Source: Lachnospiraceae bacterium
GTDB taxonomy: Bacteria; Bacillota; Clostridia; Lachnospirales; Lachnospiraceae
NCBI GenBank assembly: GCA_024687205.1
Contig: JAILES010000081.1
Location: 5,657 to 69,656 of the forward strand
Direction of reading: 5' to 3'
DNA length: 64,000 nt
Shown here: positions 29,534 to 36,431 of the stretch, piece by piece
Layout of the letters: each line of letters begins with the position of its first letter
Position numbering within the stretch: the stretch's first letter is position 1
Translations under genes and position numbers: made by a program
Notes under the pieces: model-generated
Database searches by the model: none
Told to the model about the DNA's origin: nothing
What the model saw: the letters and a program-made list of their open reading frames with translations, nothing else

Positions 29534-30013
29534 TTGCAGTCCATGGACGAAATATATCAGAAGTACGCGAACACGGTATACAAATACCTGATGTCGCTGA
29601 CCCATAAGGAAGAACTGGCCGAAGAATTCACCCAAGAGACCTTTTATCAGGCTGTCCGCTCCATCGGCAGCTTTGAGGGAAAATGCAGGATCTCCACCTG
29701 GCTCTGCGCGATAGCCAAAAACCTGTATTTAAGCTATCTTCGTAAAAACCCCGAGCATGAGGATATCGATGAACAGGATATCACCGTCGCCTCCGCAGAG
29801 AACACGGCTCTGGAGTCTCTGAGCCGGGTAGAACTGCTTAAAAAGCTGCATAAGCTCCCCGAGCCTTACCGGGAAGTCACTTATCTTCGAGCCTTTGGCG
29901 GCCTGTCTTTTGCAGAGATCGGCGAGGTACTGGGTAAGACTGAGAACTGGGCCAGGGTCAGTTTTTACAGAGGAAAAGAAAAACTCAGAAAGGAAGTGGA
30001 TAAAAATGAATAA
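29534..30013 (+). CDS. ECF RNA polymerase sigma factor
   Basis: TTG start after AGGAGGTG. Region 2 (AEEFTQETF..STWLCAIAKN) and region 4 (LPEPYREV..LSFAEIGEVLG..W.RV.FYRGK). Confidence 0.92.
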   Translation: MQSMDEIYQKYANTVYKYLMSLTHKEELAEEFTQETFYQAVRSIGSFEGKCRISTWLCAIAKNLYLSYLRKNPEHEDIDEQDITVASAENTALESLSRVELLKKLHKLPEPYREVTYLRAFGGLSFAEIGEVLGKTENWARVSFYRGKEKLRKEVDKNE

Positions 30014-30983
30014 GATTCCGTGCGAAGTTATAAAAGATCTGTTCCCTTCATATATAGACGGATTAACAAGTGAAAGGACTAATCAGCTCATAGAAGAACA
30101 TATAGCAGAATGTCATGAATGTACTGAAGTGTTACGCTCCATGCGAGGTGATACTGAGGATACCATTCTTCCCGGTGAAGACGACCGTAAGGAGATAGAT
30201 TTTCTGAAAAAAACACGACTGATGCAGAAGATCGCATTTATCAGCAGTATGGCAGCTATCATCATGGCAGCGCTTTTCGTTATCATACGTGTATTTATTG
30301 TAGGCAGTTCGTATGACGGGACGATGTACATTGTAAATAATGTCAGTGTGGATGAAGGATTTCTGCGCTTAAACATAAGCACTTCAGACAGCGCAACTGT
30401 CCTTTCACGTGTTAAATGCAATGAAGAAGACAGTGTTGTGACAATAAAAGCCAATTTAGTACCTGTTTCGATATTTAAGCGTGCCAGGAGCGAATATGCT
30501 TTTAAGCTTTCAGATCCTGCTACAATAAAGCAGGTTAAGATCGGCAATCAGGTGATCTGGGATGATGGTGAGACTATCTCTCCTCTTGCTTCACTGGTAT
30601 ATGCAAGCAGACATGACTATATCGGTGATATGTCCGCAAACGGTAAAAGTGCCAATGCGATCGGTGTATACACACGTTTAGGCGAATATGAGAATCAGCT
30701 TGAGACTGCCGCTGAACCTTACGGCTGGATCATCAGACCAAAGAACGATATCCCTTCCGGAAAAGCCGTGCTTACGGAAAGCGACATGGAGTCAATGGCT
30801 TATGTTCTGATCGGAGTCATCGCTAATCTTGACCATGTTACCTACGAGTATACCGTAGACGGTGAGACCCGTTCAATGAGTTTTACAATTGATGATGCCG
30901 ATGCTTTCTTCGGCCGCAGCATCAAGGACTGCGGTAAGAGCGCCCGCGTTCTTAACGAACTGATAGAGAAAACCGGATTCTGA
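30006..30983 (+). CDS. Anti-sigma factor: zf-HC2 + TM + extracellular domain (DUF4825-like)
   Basis: Starts MNKIPCEVI, HIAECHEC zinc motif, single TM, overlaps the sigma stop codon. Confidence 0.85.
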   Translation: MNKIPCEVIKDLFPSYIDGLTSERTNQLIEEHIAECHECTEVLRSMRGDTEDTILPGEDDRKEIDFLKKTRLMQKIAFISSMAAIIMAALFVIIRVFIVGSSYDGTMYIVNNVSVDEGFLRLNISTSDSATVLSRVKCNEEDSVVTIKANLVPVSIFKRARSEYAFKLSDPATIKQVKIGNQVIWDDGETISPLASLVYASRHDYIGDMSANGKSANAIGVYTRLGEYENQLETAAEPYGWIIRPKNDIPSGKAVLTESDMESMAYVLIGVIANLDHVTYEYTVDGETRSMSFTIDDADAFFGRSIKDCGKSARVLNELIEKTGF

Positions 30984-31008
30984 AGTCACTTTACCATTCT
31001 CAGTGTCA

Positions 31009-31113
31009 ATCAGGGGGACGGTTCCGCGGTTGATTTTGGTCAAAATTTGCCCTCAGATCTGCTGAAGCCCTTGAAAATATTAGCCGATCAGAGAACCGTC
31101 CCCCCGGTTGATT
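31009..31113. repeat. Pair of inverted REP-like units (REPIN-like)
   Basis: ATCAGGGGGACGGTTCCGCGGTTGAT ... ATCAGAGAACCGTCCCCCCGGTTGAT. Confidence 0.8.
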
Positions 31114-31136
31114 ATTCATAATGAAATAAACGGGAC

Positions 31137-31165
31137 TTGCAAAGTTTAACACATCATGATAGAAT
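31137..31165 (+). promoter_or_regulatory. SigA promoter of the leader-GNAT transcript
   Basis: TTGCAA, 17 nt with TG extension, TAGAAT. Confidence 0.7.
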
Positions 31166-31191
31166 AACGCAACAACGAAAGGAAGCACACA

Positions 31192-31281
31192 ATGTTAAAT
31201 AACAAAAACCTGAAACTGTATAGCTACTATTATCTTCCCGAAAACAGGAAGCTTATTGCTGTGCAGTCTGACAGGAGATAA
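31192..31281 (+). CDS. Putative leader peptide MLNNKNLKLYSYYYLPENRKLIAVQSDRR (29 aa)
   Basis: RBS GAAAGGAAG. Lies between the promoter and a terminator, and its 3' end is complementary to the terminator 5' arm. Confidence 0.65.
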   Translation: MLNNKNLKLYSYYYLPENRKLIAVQSDRR

Positions 31282-31315
31282 TAAGAAGCAAAGAACAAAA
31301 CATGTTTCTTAAGAC

Positions 31316-31342
31316 CGTCTGCATAGCGCAGGCGTTTTTTTT
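31316..31342 (+). terminator. Intrinsic terminator (attenuator) upstream of GNAT
   Basis: CGTCTGC-ATAGC-GCAGGCG followed by T8, ~30 nt before the GNAT start. Confidence 0.8.
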
Positions 31343-31371
31343 ATACAACATTTCAAAAGGAGGAAACAAAA

Positions 31372-31839
31372 ATGATCATCAGATTTGCAAAAGAAAACGA
31401 ACTTGAACGGGTTAATGAACTGAGGAAGCAGGTAAATGATCTGCATGTTGCCGGAAAGCCCGATGTATTCAAGCCCGGTTTCGGACCGGAGCTGCGTGAT
31501 TTTATCAACGTGATCTGGAACGATCCCACCGAAAACATCGTTGTAGCCGATGATGAAGGTTTTATCTGCGGTTTTGCCGTGATCAATCACATCACTAAAC
31601 CTGAATCCCCGTTCATGAAAGAGCGCGATTTCCTGGACATCGATGAATTCTGCGTGGATGAAGAACACCGCAGGAAAGGCGTAGCCACTGCCATGATCGA
31701 ATTCATAAAGGATTTTGCAAAGGAAAACGGCTTTCGCCGGATCGAACTGAATATGTGGGAATTTAATCAGGGAGCACTGGCCTTCTACGAAGCAGCCGGC
31801 TTTGAAACCTTCCGCCGTTACATGGAAATGTTTCTCTGA
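31372..31839 (+). CDS. GNAT family N-acetyltransferase
   Basis: FCVDEEHRRKGVATAMI acetyl-CoA motif, N..ALAFYE..GF. Confidence 0.9.
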   Translation: MIIRFAKENELERVNELRKQVNDLHVAGKPDVFKPGFGPELRDFINVIWNDPTENIVVADDEGFICGFAVINHITKPESPFMKERDFLDIDEFCVDEEHRRKGVATAMIEFIKDFAKENGFRRIELNMWEFNQGALAFYEAAGFETFRRYMEMFL

Positions 31840-31847
31840 TTCTACAA

Positions 31848-31890
31848 TGGGGACGGTTCGGACAGATCACAGAACCGTCCCCACGGTTGA
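31848..31890. repeat. REP-like hairpin between convergent genes
   Basis: TGGGGACGGTTC-N12-GAACCGTCCCCA-CGGTTGA. Confidence 0.8.
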
Positions 31891-33258
31891 TCAGATTTTA
31901 TTACAATTTGTTTCGTCGTATGTCAGAGTGTTGTCATCGAATATGAAATGCGTCCATCTCATCTTCATGCTGAATCTGTCTTCACCGATGGGATAAAGTT
32001 TGGCGGTGAAGTCCCTTCCGTCCTCATCAACACCTTTGGCATAAAGATCGTCGTCTTTCATGAACACTTCATTAATGATAAGTTCGGCATCTTCGGGATG
32101 ATCATACTTTCCGCAGAAGGATCCCCACTTGGATCTGTCGGGATCTTTAAGGCTTTCATCCTCTATGGTAGTAACAGCACCCGGCTCCTTATCCATTGCG
32201 ATCGCACGCATACCGTTCCAGAGAGCTGCGTCTGCCCTTGCATCCTTCGATTCACGACATCCCATAAAGATAAGCACTCTGTCAGCATCGACATAACGTT
32301 CATACCAGGTATTGAGACCCGGCATACCGCCACCATGTTTCACGATCATTCCGAATTCAGGATCATTTTTGATCTCCCAGCCAAAACCGTAACCATCCCT
32401 GTCTTCATCGGCCCCTGATATACTTCCGTCATTAAGCTTAACCGTGCTGTACATTATTTTCTGTTCTTCCGAAGTCAGTACCTTTTCTTCTCGTAAAGCC
32501 CTGTCCCAGATGAACATATCAAAGATATCCGTATACACATAATCGTCTCCGTTAAGCCCGTCAAAAGCTATCACATCTCTGTCATTCGATTCTTCAACAG
32601 GAATATGCCTGCCGTCTTTCACAACCATATTACGGGCAGTATTATCATGAGGAATGCCTTCTGTCCAAATGTGGTGCACAGCGGTATGGTACATTCCCGC
32701 AGGTTCAAAAACATTCTTACACAAGTATTCCTCGAAAGGGATGCCCGCTGCTTTTTCTATGATCATCGCCAGCAGATTATATCCGCCGTTGGTGTATTCA
32801 AATTCTTCACCCGGCGCAAAGCACGGCTCTTCACCGTTCTCGGTAAGAAAGTGTATTACCGCATCGCTGCCCGGCACTTTCTTCTCTTCCTTCCACTTCC
32901 TGACGATCCAGTTATCTTCATCATAAGTTTCCGGAATGCCCCCGGTGTGCGTAAGAAGGTTCCTTATAGTCACTCCCGGATACGGAATCTCCGGATAATA
33001 CTTCGTAACCTCATCCTCAAGACTTAACAGTCCGTCTCTTACAAGGAGCATCACCGCTGCTGCCGTAAACTGCTTGGTTATCGACGCCAGCTCGAAAACA
33101 CTGTCTTCCCGCATCGGCAGTTTATCCGAAAAATCGCGGAATCCCTCTGCTCCCTTGCTTATGATCTTTCCTTTTTCTGCATACAGCCAGGTACCGTTGA
33201 ACGCCCCTTTTTCATATGCCTCATGTGTCAGCTTTTCAAATAAAGCTTTCTTATCCAT
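31891..33258 (-). CDS. Serine hydrolase, beta-lactamase/AmpC-like family, with a C-terminal extension
   Basis: SITK (SxxK), YTN (YxN), HGG, LLTHTGG; no signal peptide. Confidence 0.85.
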   Translation of the reverse strand: MDKKALFEKLTHEAYEKGAFNGTWLYAEKGKIISKGAEGFRDFSDKLPMREDSVFELASITKQFTAAAVMLLVRDGLLSLEDEVTKYYPEIPYPGVTIRNLLTHTGGIPETYDEDNWIVRKWKEEKKVPGSDAVIHFLTENGEEPCFAPGEEFEYTNGGYNLLAMIIEKAAGIPFEEYLCKNVFEPAGMYHTAVHHIWTEGIPHDNTARNMVVKDGRHIPVEESNDRDVIAFDGLNGDDYVYTDIFDMFIWDRALREEKVLTSEEQKIMYSTVKLNDGSISGADEDRDGYGFGWEIKNDPEFGMIVKHGGGMPGLNTWYERYVDADRVLIFMGCRESKDARADAALWNGMRAIAMDKEPGAVTTIEDESLKDPDRSKWGSFCGKYDHPEDAELIINEVFMKDDDLYAKGVDEDGRDFTAKLYPIGEDRFSMKMRWTHFIFDDNTLTYDETNCNKI

Positions 33259-33276
33259 AAATTCCTCCTCGATCAG

Positions 33277-33840
33277 TTAAATATTTGCATTGATCTCCTT
33301 GACGATCTCCAATATCTCGATATCTCCATCTGCAAGGATCTCCACGATCGGATCCTGTCCGTCTTCATTTGCGCCGTTCTGCCAGTAGATCTCCGCCATA
33401 CGAAGGTTTTCTTCTTCAGAAATACAGCCGTCAAAACACTTATACGCATCGCCTTCATAACAACGTCCGGAAACTTTTATCTTTGCAATCCCATAAGTCG
33501 GGCGTCCCAGCTTTGCAAAATACTCTCCCCAGCGCTCAGCTTCCTCAAGGGTCTTTGATACATATAAAGAAGCCATACGTGAAGGGTACTGCGGATACTT
33601 TTCTTTCCGGACTTTTTCAAGCGCCAGTTCCCTTAAAGCCACATCAACCGCGTGGCTCAATTCCGTATCTTTATACTTATCAGGATTACGGTAGATATCT
33701 TCAACCGTTTCTATCTGTTCATAAACACGTTTATGGATACCGTTTGGATGATCTTCATCCAACAGGATATGTTCTCCTGCCTTCTTCGGGATATCCGATA
33801 TAACGTGATAATATATACTCTCCATCATAACCCTCTTCAT
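33277..33840 (-). CDS. DUF2441-like protein (start may be ATG at 33828 or 33825)
   Basis: YYHV..RELALEKVRKEKYPQYPSRMASLYVS pattern. Confidence 0.7.
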   Translation of the reverse strand: MKRVMMESIYYHVISDIPKKAGEHILLDEDHPNGIHKRVYEQIETVEDIYRNPDKYKDTELSHAVDVALRELALEKVRKEKYPQYPSRMASLYVSKTLEEAERWGEYFAKLGRPTYGIAKIKVSGRCYEGDAYKCFDGCISEEENLRMAEIYWQNGANEDGQDPIVEILADGDIEILEIVKEINANI

Positions 33841-33844
33841 TTTT

Positions 33845-33876
33845 GAAAAAGGGCCGGCATCTCATAACCGGCCCTT
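33845..33876 (-). terminator. Intrinsic terminator at the end of the DUF1062 gene
   Basis: AAGGGCCGG-N10-CCGGCCCTT followed by a T run on the minus strand. Confidence 0.7.
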
Positions 33877-34188
33877 CATTAATTCAGCTTTGTTATTTTT
33901 CAAAAAATCAATATCTCTGCCATATGCATAGGCAGCTTCCTCATCATTAGCCTGAAAAGCTTCAAACAACTCCGTCGGGATCTTTCCCGGCCTAGTCCTT
34001 TCATAGATAGTAAGATTCCAGGAATGCTTGCATTTTTTGCAGCGGTAGATCAGCCACACATCCACGCCGTTACCGTTTGCATTTACCCTGAATCTTCCGG
34101 AATTAACAAATTCCCGTTTCTTACCGCAGCCTCCGCATTTATGACATATCCGGATCGCAGCGGATTCAGACTGCCGAAACGCCATCAT
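33862..34188 (-). CDS. DUF1062-like protein
   Basis: C..C..GRFRVNANG..VDVWLIYRC..C.HSWN..IYER. Confidence 0.75.
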   Translation of the reverse strand: MMAFRQSESAAIRICHKCGGCGKKREFVNSGRFRVNANGNGVDVWLIYRCKKCKHSWNLTIYERTRPGKIPTELFEAFQANDEEAAYAYGRDIDFLKNNKAELMKGRL

Positions 34189-34456
34189 TCATGGCCATGC
34201 GCTGATCCCGCAGTATCCTCTGAATGCTTTTTTCGGATAAAGAAAAACTCTGAGCCAGTTCTTTTAAACTGCGTCCTTTTTTATATGTTTTATATATCTT
34301 CTCGTTGCGTTCGCGAAAATATGTCTTTGCAGCAGTTCTGCTGCCCCATTCGAGTTTTTCTTTTGATGGTATATAAATTGACTTTCCTTCTACATATTGC
34401 TGAATCGTTTCTATTAATTCTTTGGGCAGTATAGTCTCTGCCTTTATATAGCTCAT
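34166..34456 (-). CDS. CD3324-family (Mor-like HTH) protein
   Basis: MSYIKAETILPKELIETIQQYVEGKSIYIP..RNEKIY..LAQSFSLSEKSIQRI; RBS GGAGGAGG. Confidence 0.8.
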   Translation of the reverse strand: MSYIKAETILPKELIETIQQYVEGKSIYIPSKEKLEWGSRTAAKTYFRERNEKIYKTYKKGRSLKELAQSFSLSEKSIQRILRDQRMAMNDGVSAV

Positions 34457-34487
34457 AATCCTCCTCCAAAATATAAAACAGGGATTC

Positions 34488-34536
34488 GTCTGAGCTTACG
34501 ATTCATTCGGTTTATTTAAGCTCAGACTACTGAGCG
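34488..34536 (-). promoter_or_regulatory. Alternative-hairpin attenuator upstream of the CD3324 gene
   Basis: GTCTGAGCTTA/TAAGCTCAGAC arms (34517-34527, 34488-34498). The leader's GCTCAG can compete for CTGAGC. Confidence 0.6.
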
Positions 34537-34556
34537 ATAATAAGTCTTCTGGTCAT
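34527..34556 (-). CDS. Putative leader peptide MTRRLIIAQ (9 aa)
   Basis: Strong RBS AAGAAAGGAG. The stop codon abuts an 11-bp perfect inverted repeat. Confidence 0.6.
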   Translation of the reverse strand: MTRRLIIAQ

Positions 34557-34603
34557 AAAAACTATGCTCCTTTCTTAACTGCTTAACTACATATCTGTTT
34601 ACG

Positions 34604-34632
34604 ATTATACAAAACAGCTTAGTACGTTTCAA
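34604..34632 (-). promoter_or_regulatory. SigA promoter of the leader-CD3324 transcript
   Basis: TTGAAA, 17 nt, TATAAT. Confidence 0.7.
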
Positions 34633-34666
34633 GCTCAAGAATATTTCCAAACGAACTTGCGCCATT

Positions 34667-36109
34667 CTATACATCCAGGCCGTATTTCTTCCGCTGTTTT
34701 ACCAATACGGAGATCTGCTTTTTCTTGGCATAGTTCCTGTGATTTTCTGCACCAAGACTTTTGTACAGTATATATCTCTCCATCGATAAAGTACCGTCTT
34801 CCAGTGCTTTCTTTATAGCACAGCCCGGTTCGGTATCATGCCTGCAGTCGCTGAACTTACACCGGCTCTCAAGTTCAAGGATATCCGAAAAAATATTGTC
34901 TAAGCTTTCTTCTGTCAGTGCCATTCCTATCTCGCGCATTCCCGGAGTATCAATGATCGACACTCCGTTTTCAAGCTCTATCAGCTGTCTGTAGGTAGTG
35001 GTATGGCGGCCTTTAGAATCTGATTCCCTGATCGCCGAAGTTTTCATGGTCTCTTCACCCGTAAGCGAATTAAGCAGTGTCGACTTGCCTGCACCTGAGG
35101 ATCCCATCAGACAAATAGTCGTACCGGGTGTAAGGTACTCTTTCAGTTCGTCCATGCCTATATCATACAGGGCTGATATGGCATGTACCCTGATCTTATC
35201 CGATATGGTCTCCACCTCACTCACATAACGGCCGACGTTATTGCACAGATCCGCTTTCGTAAGTATGGCAACCGGTATCGCGCCTCCCTGCAGAGCTACA
35301 CTTGCATACCTCGCTATGCGGTTATAACTGTAGTCATCATTCAGCGAGGTGACGATGAAACAGTAGTCCACGTTTGCTACCATATACTGCATCACACCTG
35401 TTTTGGACTGATCCGGTCTCTGCAAAAAGCTCTTTCTTTCACAGACGGAAAGTATCCTGCTGTCACCGTCCGGGTTAAACTTAAATGTCACATAGTCACC
35501 GACTACCGGAAGTTTATCAGCCTCTTCTTCATAAAAATCTCTGATCAGTACTGCCGGCAGTTCCCGGCCCATAAACTTTATGGAATAGCGGTTCTTCTGA
35601 ACCTCGCAGATCCTTCCGGTTTTTTCTTTCCCCAGTTCCATATAGGTAAAAACTGTCGGATCCTCTCCCTGTGCGATCACATGCTCCGGCATTTCTTTTT
35701 GGACAAAACCCAGCCTGCGGTATAAAGCTATTGCCCTGATGTTAGCCGGACGTGGATCTACCCACACTGTTTCAGCTCCGTTTTTAAAGGCTTCTTCTAT
35801 AGAGTGTTCCAACGCCCGGGTTGCGATACCCCGTCCCCATGCAGACTTAAACAGTTTGATATCCAAAGCTGCGCTATGTGTAGCTTCATCTATCCCATAT
35901 TGTGTCTCTCCGCAATATTTACCGTCTTCAAAGATTGAATAATGCTTTTGCATCGGTCCGGCATTGATAAATCTGTCCAGCCATTCCCGTACAGCGTCCT
36001 CTGTTTCATGTAAGCCTCCGGGCCAGATATACTTCATAACATCTTCATCAGCCCAAAGACTCTGAATATTCCTGATATCATCATAAGTTGATTCTTTAAT
36101 TGTGATCAT
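34667..36109 (-). CDS. Fusion: RimJ/RimL-type GNAT + RsgA-family circularly permuted GTPase
   Basis: aa 1-160 GNAT (WGRGIATRAL, N.RAIALYRRLGF). Then VVGDYV, ANVD, TKAD, GSSGAGKST, GRHTT, DTPG, CKFSDCRHDTEPGC. Confidence 0.85.
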   Translation of the reverse strand: MITIKESTYDDIRNIQSLWADEDVMKYIWPGGLHETEDAVREWLDRFINAGPMQKHYSIFEDGKYCGETQYGIDEATHSAALDIKLFKSAWGRGIATRALEHSIEEAFKNGAETVWVDPRPANIRAIALYRRLGFVQKEMPEHVIAQGEDPTVFTYMELGKEKTGRICEVQKNRYSIKFMGRELPAVLIRDFYEEEADKLPVVGDYVTFKFNPDGDSRILSVCERKSFLQRPDQSKTGVMQYMVANVDYCFIVTSLNDDYSYNRIARYASVALQGGAIPVAILTKADLCNNVGRYVSEVETISDKIRVHAISALYDIGMDELKEYLTPGTTICLMGSSGAGKSTLLNSLTGEETMKTSAIRESDSKGRHTTTYRQLIELENGVSIIDTPGMREIGMALTEESLDNIFSDILELESRCKFSDCRHDTEPGCAIKKALEDGTLSMERYILYKSLGAENHRNYAKKKQISVLVKQRKKYGLDV

Positions 36110-36219
36110 TTTTTCCTCCGATCATTAACACATACTTCCCTTTTCAGACACACTGTCATAAAAAGGGATAAAACAATAAAACGATTTTGTCTTAAAACCT
36201 CGGGATTGAAAATGGACAT

Positions 36220-36249
36220 AAAAATACCGTGACGGGAATGCCACGGTCC
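36220..36249 (-). terminator. Terminator-like hairpin in the leader of the GNAT-RsgA gene
   Basis: ACCGTG-GCATTCCCGT-CACGGT followed by ATTTTT. Confidence 0.6.
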
Positions 36250-36279
36250 TATGATTTCAAAAGAATTATTCTTATCAGA

Positions 36280-36351
36280 TCAATATGCACAAACCGAGGT
36301 CTTCATACCATATTCACTTGCAATCTCTGTTCTGTTTACACGCATAATCAT
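36280..36351 (-). CDS. Putative leader peptide MIMRVNRTEIASEYGMKTSVCAY (23 aa)
   Basis: RBS GCGAGGT. Lies between a promoter and a terminator hairpin. Confidence 0.55.
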   Translation of the reverse strand: MIMRVNRTEIASEYGMKTSVCAY

Positions 36352-36387
36352 GAATACCTCGCTTTCTTCAAAATTTATTTCCTGCAA

Positions 36388-36416
36388 ATAATAACAAAGA
36401 GTATCAGACTTGTCAA
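36388..36416 (-). promoter_or_regulatory. SigA promoter of the leader-GNAT/RsgA transcript
   Basis: TTGACA, 17 nt with TG extension, TATTAT. Confidence 0.7.
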
Positions 36417-36431
36417 TTACAATTTTTTCGT

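Noticed and set aside
29383-31890. GGGGACGG repeats as CRISPR repeats or IS ends
   Set aside because: Not regularly spaced, no spacers or cas genes, and no transposase between them
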